Assembly (NCBI GenBank): GCA_951406725.2
Contig: OX597822.1
Coordinates: 98,084,001 to 98,148,000, forward strand
Origin: Octopus vulgaris
Lineage: Eukaryota
Reading direction: 5' to 3'
Length of the DNA: 64,000 bases
Part shown: positions 56,041 to 64,000 of the stretch, in pieces
How the letters are laid out: every line of letters starts with the position of its first letter
Position numbering within the stretch: position 1 is the stretch's first letter
Notes under the pieces: generated by a model
Database searches by the model: none
Told to the model about the DNA's origin: nothing
What the model saw: the letters and a program-made list of their open reading frames with translations, nothing else
Made by a program: the position numbers and the translations under genes

Positions 56041-57504
56041 TCAAGATGAGGACTTATAGGTGGTTTACGCGCTGCGATATTCTAGGGGACGAATACATAC
56101 GTATGGAAGAATTACTCAGAATTGAAACTTCGACTCATTATTGTTATATCTAACGAAGGTAGATGGTAATATAAATCATTTCATACAAACATGGTAACAA
56201 GTAGTCTTATTGGATAAGTTTTCTGTTCACGAAATTCCCTTATCAAAACGTCATTAATCATTTTATTGTAATGCTTGATGTATTGATAAACGAAATTTCT
56301 GTTAACTAATTCATTTCGTAAGAATTTATCTTAGTTTATAAAGCGAAGCAATTAATGTGGTTAGATTATGTATGTTATTTCATAACTATCAATTAATTTC
56401 TGTTTCAAAGTCTTGCGACCGAAACTTCTAAACGCTTTATATCTCTGCGACTGTGTTTATGTTGCTCGTACTCGTATCTCGTTTTTAATTATTTCTTTAT
56501 CAGTTTAAATATGAAGTATGAGCGGATGAAGAGCTTATCTACATTTTTACAGTAAATATATTGGCATGTAGAAAGGTAGACAGGCAGACAGGCTAATATT
56601 TACTTCTTTAATTCTTATTACTTGAAAGCAAGTCAACTCGATGGAGTATATTTCTTTCTAAGTTATCCTTGGTAATTATTGAGGTGTGCCCTGAATTCTA
56701 GGAAAACAGCGATTTCAAAAGACTTCTGTTCTTTAGTTACATGGCTATATCACCTTGTGGTCCTTGCATAAATGGACTATTTCTCTTGTGGAACTTACGC
56801 ATGGGGACATACTGTCATGTGGTCCCGCTAACTATCCGGTCAGATAGGTGGTAGTGCTGAAACATGACCAATGACAACAGCAGTTTATTGAATTTCATGA
56901 TCTACTTTTCTCTCATATTTCATCAATCGGGTTCAATTAGTCACACTCCATGGAGTGTATACTGGTGTAAACATCTAGGGATATACAGTTGAGTATAATA
57001 CTCTACTCAAACGTAACTCGACTCGAGTATACAAGTAAAGTAAAAATAGGTAGATGACGCACATGTTAACAAATTACTTGAACTTGTGCGTAGTATCTAC
57101 AGAAGTGTAATGATTACCATACACTTGACAACAGACCAAAGAACAAAGTTAAATATTGCAAATATTTAGTTATCTCCAACCTAGAATATTTATAAGGCTA
57201 CACTATTAATTATCTTGTGTTATGTCAAGTACACAGCAGACCTAACCATTCACGTTCTACTTTTTCACATAAACAAACTATCATTAACACCTCAGCTGCT
57301 CTGTACTACAAAACCTTACGTAAATTCAGATTTCAACTGTCATGTAGACTCCTTCTGTGTTGCATTTTCGAAATAACACATTAATTTCGGCTCACCAGTG
57401 ACAACAAATACATACATAAACCCACATGGGCAGGTGTACAGAAATACACACATGTACAAGGTATTCGGGCTAAATTTGACGATTTTTTTTTACACCTTTC
57501 CTCA

Positions 57505-58236
57505 GAAGCAGCTTGATGTATTAACGAACAGTCAGCAACGTTGGAGAGCATAAAGATTAAAGTTGCTGAGAACAAAGTTAAACGACATGGAGGATTGGAA
57601 TCCATCTGAAAAGATTTATCTGTATTACGATGATTCATGCCGATTATTAAGATACAGACTTAATTACTGCTGCTCAATGATCTGTGAACACTGCAAACAC
57701 AATCCATGTTATGTCACACGTATCATGAAAAAATGGAAGCACTCCGTCGGTTACGACGACGAGGGTTTCGGTTGAGCCGAATCAACGGAACAGCCTGCTC
57801 GTGAAATTAACGTGCAAGTGGCTGAGCACTCCACAGACACGTGCACCCTTAACGTAGTTCTCGGGGATATTCAGCGTGACACAGAGAGTGACAAGGCTGG
57901 CCCTTTGAAATACAGGTACAACAGAAACAGGAAGTAAGAGTGAGAGAAAGTTGTGGTGAAAGAGTACAGCAGGGATCACCACCACCCCCTGCCGGAGCCT
58001 CGTGGAGCTTTAGGTGTTTTATCTCAATAAACACTCACAACGCCCGGTCTGGGAATCGAAACCGCGATCCTACGACCGCGAGTCCGCTGCCCTAACCACT
58101 GGGCCATTGCGTCTCCACCATGAAAAAATAAAGTTACCACAAATTGTGATGGTCTTTGAGCAGATGACGTTCAAACGAGGCGCTGATAAGGAAAGCGATA
58201 AGACAGAAAACATATGGGAGATAATCAACGTTACAG
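57505..58236 (+). pseudogene. Decayed ORF relic interrupted by a SINE
   Basis: One frame continues across the SINE TSD: CINEQSATLESIKIKVAENKVKRHGGLESI*..CHTYHEK|IKLPQIVMVFEQMTFKRGADKESDK. Most stops are TGA, consistent with CGA decay. Confidence 0.4.
57735..58118 (-). mobile_element. SINE A1 with 11-bp TSD CATGAAAAAAT
   Basis: TSD at 57724-57734 and 58119-58129. Confidence 0.92.
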
Positions 58237-58241
58237 GTGTA

Positions 58242-58448
58242 CAGTGATCCCTCGCCATATCGCGGTTGACCTATCGCGGTTTATTATTTAAACTTAAGTC
58301 GATTGCTACGAAGCGTTGTTTTGTATTTATAATAAAATAAATATATACAAATTTAAAAATTGTAAAAACATATACAGTACAGTCTCTACTTTGCGGATTT
58401 TCACCTATCACGGGGAATGTAACACCCGCGATAGTCGGGGGATTACAT
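58242..58448. mobile_element. Tigger/pogo-like MITE
   Basis: TA|CAGTGATCCCTCG..TATCGCGG at left, CCGCGATAGTCGGGGGATTAC at right. Confidence 0.65.
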
Positions 58449-58899
58449 GCTAATGGTTTACTAATTATATAGTGGCCTATTTTAAAATTCTGACAAGATG
58501 TATTTCGTGAAATGCAGACGTACAGGAAATGTTTCGTTCCTGGAATTTATGTATTTATTGGAGGTTCTGAAGTCTTTTCAAGAGAACATACTGATCATTT
58601 TCTGAACCTGTGAATATAGGGTTTGGTTTTGGAGGGAATTTTCCATTTGATATCGAAACTGGTCCCTTCGTCTTTAAGTTTCCAGAGTAAAGCCGAAAAT
58701 GTCAATGAATATCTCTTATCACGGTGCATAAAATTCTAAAGATGGTTGTTATAAATAGATTTCAGGCTTCCTATATAACGTTTGATTAATGTACGATCAT
58801 TGTCGTAGTCTGCTAAACCTATGCTTCATAAACAGAAGATAAATAAAACACACTTGCGCCCTAGAGAACATTGAGTCGGCTGTTGCTTACTGGTATATG

Positions 58900-59600
58900 A
58901 CTTAACATTAGGGGGACAAGGAAAGGTAATTTAATCGTGTCTGTTAAAGATGCTATTGCATTTATGGGTTCTAGGGAAGGTTATATCTACTAAGTGCAAG
59001 TATCTTCTATCTACATTTGTCCTAACATTAAGAGAGAATGCCCTCAATCAACTTCTTATAATGACAGTTCTTGATAGACTAATTATCACCCTCATATAGA
59101 ATTTGTTGTAGACATGGTAGAAGCAGCAAATGCAGTAACCTGGCACAAAGAGAATACAGAAGGTGACATGACAATACTGAACGCATTTTTCCGTATGATC
59201 GTATTTCAAGAAATACATTGTCGGGATTTAAAAATAGACCGCTAAACACTTAGTTTAATGGGTTGATTCTTCACCCTCCTTCCTTTATTCTCTGCTTGTA
59301 TCCAACTATTTCTGGAAGGAATAGGCTGTGGCCAGAAGTATAGCAAAGTAGGCTTCCTCAGGTTCAAAATTTCTGATGACATGCACCTCAGTCAGGATTT
59401 GAGGTGGCAAGGTAAGAAAATTTACCCTTACAGAAATTGGATTAGGCTAATTGATATCAGAGGCTTTCACTTGCGTTAGTACAAACCATGTGACAAGAAT
59501 GAACGATTCCACATCACTATTTGAATTGCAGTATAACGCCTCAACTCATATGTTATAAATGGTGTATGTCCTTGCTTTATGTGACATGTTCTGACAAAAT
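58900..59600 (+). pseudogene. Decayed intron-less ORF relic of unknown origin (possible RNA-virus polymerase-like)
   Basis: Long frame with few stops: VDMVEAANAVTWHKENTEG..LMG*F..GQKYSK..ISDDM..RGFHLR*YK. The paralogue at 60193-60318 differs mostly at synonymous or conservative sites. Confidence 0.45.
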
Positions 59601-61670
59601 ACTCTACTCGTGTTTACGCCTGCTTGACATCAAGTTGTTGTAACGTTGACTTTATTCCTTGTATTTTTCTTCTTACCTGCTTTTTTATCAGCATCTCTTG
59701 TTTAAACGTGATCTGCTCAAAAGACAACTGACAGACGGTCTTGTTATCAGCTTGAGAAACGCCGAAATAATTATTTCGATCAGAAAGCACTGGGTTGTAT
59801 TTTATAAGATTTATGGGTTTTTATTATAGAAAACGAGAGAATTTTAGTAAGATGAGAAGAATTTGTAAGAAACGATGATATTCATCTGGGATGATGTGTA
59901 GTTCAGAATTGTTGCTGATTAGAATAAAAGACTTTTGGTATAATATATATGGCTGATTGCATAGATACAGATAAATATAAAAGAATCGGAAGCGGGGAAA
60001 TAGTTAAGGCAGTATCGTAGGAAACAATGTATGACTTTTTCTGTCAGAAATAAGCAACGGGCAAGAGAAATGTGTGACTCAAATGCGAGAACTGAAGTTG
60101 TAATCTATGCAGAATTAAAACGAGCACTTAGAACATACCATACATGTTATTTAACCTTCCTGTTCAAGTGATTAACGACTTAGAATATCATTAATCAAAT
60201 TCTAATTATGACAGTTCTAGATAATCTCATTATCATCCTTAATGTAGAAATGGTGGTAACAGCAAGTGCAGTTAGCTGGTACAAAGAGAATTCAGAAAGT
60301 GGCATAATACTGAACACAATGTTCATTGACAACTATGTGAAACATAATTTAAAGAGAGCTGATAGGTGTTTCTAACGTCAACGTAAAGTAGTGGAATGAC
60401 AGGAGTAAGTGAAATTGCTATGGGAATTCAAAATTCGGTTTCGAGGAAATGATAGTAGTAATGACACTTGACAATGTTAGCGTCAACACACGGGAAAGAT
60501 AATGCACAATAGCTAACGTAGTATTTCCAGGTGATCTCAGAGTCTATGAAACGGAAGGAAATAAAAGTGATTGAGAAATATCAAGTCTCGAAGAGAAAGA
60601 TTAGCAGAAACGAGTATGGCACATGGAATTATGGAAGAAAAGTGAAATAGTGCTGGTTGTTGTGGTTACTCTACTGTTATGCAAAAAAGAAATAAAAAGC
60701 ATTCAAGAAGAAAATATGGCTTGAAACTACAACAGAACATTGCAGAAATCACATAACTGGGAATCTGAAAAGATCTTGAGAATCTTAAGGGAGCAACTCC
60801 GAAAATTGAGCTGATGAAATAACCTTAAAAACCCATTGTCATTGTTTATGGCCAGCTTTTAGTGTCGTAAAATAACACACGACCTATCTGCAGTATGAAC
60901 ACTATCGTTCCTGCTGCTACTGCCGCCACCACCACCACCACCACCACCACCATCACCACCACAACTTCCTCAATAGAGAAAAAAAACGGTAATAATATTG
61001 TAGTGGCTCTGAAGGAATGACAGACAGAATAGACATCGGTGGGACTAGAATTAACAACAGCAAAATCAAGAAAACAATTTTAAAATACCACGCTAAGAAA
61101 TCTGTTAGGTCGCAGAATAAATTGTCGTGTATTTGTACCGAAGTAGAGTTAAGCAAAGCAAAAGTAGAATAACGTTCTAGGTACCAAATATAAACGAATT
61201 TTGACGAAAAATAAGTAAACCTTGAAAACCTAGACCTTAATCTTGCACGGATGTAGTGCAGAGAAACTTAAGTTGGCTTAGCAAGCGTTATCGTAAAAGT
61301 CGTCGATACAATGAACATATGAACAAGGGTATAAAAGTATTTCAAAAAGAGTAGGGGCAAAACAAACAAAAAAAATATTGCATAATCCAAAATACGGATT
61401 ATGGGCCGATAGGTAGTATCATGAAACCAGTTTACAACATCGATACCTTATAACAGGATTTATAATACTATTCTACCTATTCTTGCACCCTGCTGTCTCT
61501 TTTGTCCGTGTGTTACACCAAGTGAGGTAATAATTCGAATGAAGATGTATGTGTGCATATATATATATAGATCTAGAAAATTACATATAATAGAATTTTC
61601 TAGATGGTGTAATTAAATTATTCATTTTGAATTGATAAAACGTTTTTTTTCTAATATTTTATATATATAT

Positions 61671-61739
<69 letters not shown>

Positions 61740-63355
61740 GAGTGAGAGAGATAGAGCTATAAATTACAAAATCACTATCGAGTTATTTACGTACGTTAAC
61801 TCGGAATTTCCAACGATACTTATTTATTTGGTGTAGGGTTATGAGTGTCTGACAGTATTCCAGATATAATTCATAAAAATGTAGTCCAATGAAAGTGATG
61901 AGCTGTGAACAGAGAGAGGCTGCATCTGTTGATCGCCTAGAAATTTATGGAGTGGGGTGCGGCCCTCGCATGGATCTACTCATCATCAATACTAAGCTTG
62001 ATTTGCTGTGTATGTTGGCAGCAAATGGACCATTTGGTCAGAGGAATGATTTCCGTTCACAGGAACAAAAAAAACGAGAAGCTTCCAATACAGTTAGAAA
62101 AGAGCTGGAGCTTGTGCTAAGTTATAAAGGGTGTGATGTTGGCATACGCCACTTACGTTCAGAATTTCTTGGATAAATCCTTTCGGGCTCATTTCTGGGG
62201 AGGCTAGATACCCAACTCGTAACTGCGTCCGAGTCTTGGTTCAAATTTCAATCAATTGTTATCTACACCTTTACAGAAAGAACAGCTGGCTGGAAAAGGT
62301 AATACAATTCCTGAGAGTTGATTAAATAAAACTGGTAATTATATTTTCCCCATGGAAAAGGTCTCTTGTGCACGATTCATAATTTGCTTTGCTGGAGAGC
62401 TATTTCAAAATGGCGATCTTTGTTCGTAAATTGAAGATCAATAGCCTATTGCTTCAACGTGCAGTACACATATTGGTTTCAAATTTTGGTACAAGGCCCC
62501 ATCAATTTTGGAGGAGATAGTACCAGTTCTCAACTGGTAATTATTTTATTGACACCGTATGGACAAAAGGCAAAGTCTAACTACGACGGAATTTGAACTC
62601 ACAACGTAAAGAAGTACGAAATGCTACTAAGAATTTTGCCTAATTCGGTAACGATTCTGGCAACTCACCGCCTTGACGAGTAATGTATATTACTGCTCGT
62701 CCTATTACATTGCATTTGTGATAAGATACCCAAATCTAATCCCGGTGAAATCGGGAATCAGTGTAGCGAGACACCAGCCTATGTACTGTTACATTCTATT
62801 CTTTTGCTATGCAATAACAATACTGATAGTTTGATACTCAAAGAAATATATTAGAAATAATTTGTAATTGGAGTAAGAACTGAGAAATTAGGACTCCAAT
62901 ACTTGTTAATTTGTCATTAGTAACTGAAGAATCATTTAATTGATTTTGCACAACACTAAACATGAAATAAAACTAATTTCTCTTTACTAATCGAAGAGCC
63001 AACATTCGGTAAGGCACACTAACAAGGTTATCTAGGTAAATGATCGACCAGTAGCCACGAATTATATCGGTTTCAGATTTTCGCACAAGGCCAGGAGGTT
63101 CGGGGGAGTAGATAAATTGATTATATCAACCCCACTTGTTTAACTGGTACTTATTTTATCGACCCTAAAAGATCAGAGGCATAATCGACTTCGGCGGAAT
63201 TTGAAATCAGAACGTAAATATGGACGAAATGCCGCTAGACATAATATTAACATTTAGCTTGGCACAATACCAGTATTTTACTGAAGTACAAGGTCAACGT
63301 TTTGAGGGAAGGGGCATAGATGACAGCTCTTCTTTGAGTATACTAAAAGGTACCA

Positions 63356-63700
63356 ATTTTGTCAGAACATGTCACATAAAGCAAGGACATACTCCATTTA
63401 TAACATATGAGTTGAGGCGTTATACTTCAATTCAAATAGTGATGTGGAATCGTTCATTCTTGTCACATGGTTTGTACTAACGCAAGTGAAAGCCTCTGAT
63501 ATCAATTAGCCTAATCCAATTTCTGTAAGGGTAAATTTTCTTACCTTGCCACCTCAAATCCTGACTGAGGTGCATGTCATCAGAAATTTTGAACCTGAGG
63601 AAGCCTACTTTGCTATACTTCTGGCCACAGCCTATTCCTTCCAGAAATAGTTGGATACAAGCAGAGAATAAAGGAAGGAGGTTGACGAATCGACCCATTA
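63356..63700 (-). repeat. 345-bp inverted copy of 59256-59600
   Basis: Reverse complement with ~5 mismatches, 3 of them in the outer 24 bp. Confidence 0.93.
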
Positions 63701-64000
63701 CAAGATTCGTGCTTTATTTATCGCCCCCAAATGGACGGCTGATAAAGTAGACCCCAGGATTTTTTAAACTCGGAGCGTAAAGAGCCAGAATGTATACCGC
63801 TTGGCAATCTAACTGACACTCTAGATATATTTCCAGTTCATCAATTTGAGGTAAATATTTAGACAATAAAATTTACTTCCATGTAAAACTGATTTTTGTT
63901 CTTTTCTTTTTGTACATCGCAGAAATGAAAGACAAATTTTATCTCAGCGAGAATTAAAAGTAGAATTTAGAAGGACTGAAATAATTATTGCAAAGCATAT

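Noticed and set aside
59256-63700. The 345-bp inverted pair as TIRs of a 4.4-kb DNA transposon
   Set aside because: The left arm is in frame with upstream coding relic, mismatches cluster at the outer ends, and there is no transposase inside; the terminal TA is weak evidence.

Overview
AT-rich, repeat-dense eukaryotic DNA with no confidently identifiable host gene. The SINE and microsatellite landscape looks like an octopod cephalopod genome (inference from recognition, not from a search). Contents: (1) two tandem CR1/L2-type LINEs (APE+RT; one almost intact at 3.8-6.9 kb) inside the internal microsatellite of one split SINE; (2) decayed R4/Dong-like, RTE-like, mariner and Penelope-like (GIY-YIG) elements; (3) a non-autonomous Helitron plus piggyBac-type and Tigger-type MITEs; (4) many copies of about five SINE families. 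Most interesting: minimal hammerhead-ribozyme folds with non-canonical but 3-8-compensated cores next to Penelope-like relics; head-less SINE concatemers with the same junction at three loci; a fold-back that captured nearby DNA; and a 57.5-63.7 kb cluster of decayed intron-less ORF relics, partly duplicated and inverted, with possible RNA-virus polymerase-like motifs. All coordinates and alignments were read by eye.
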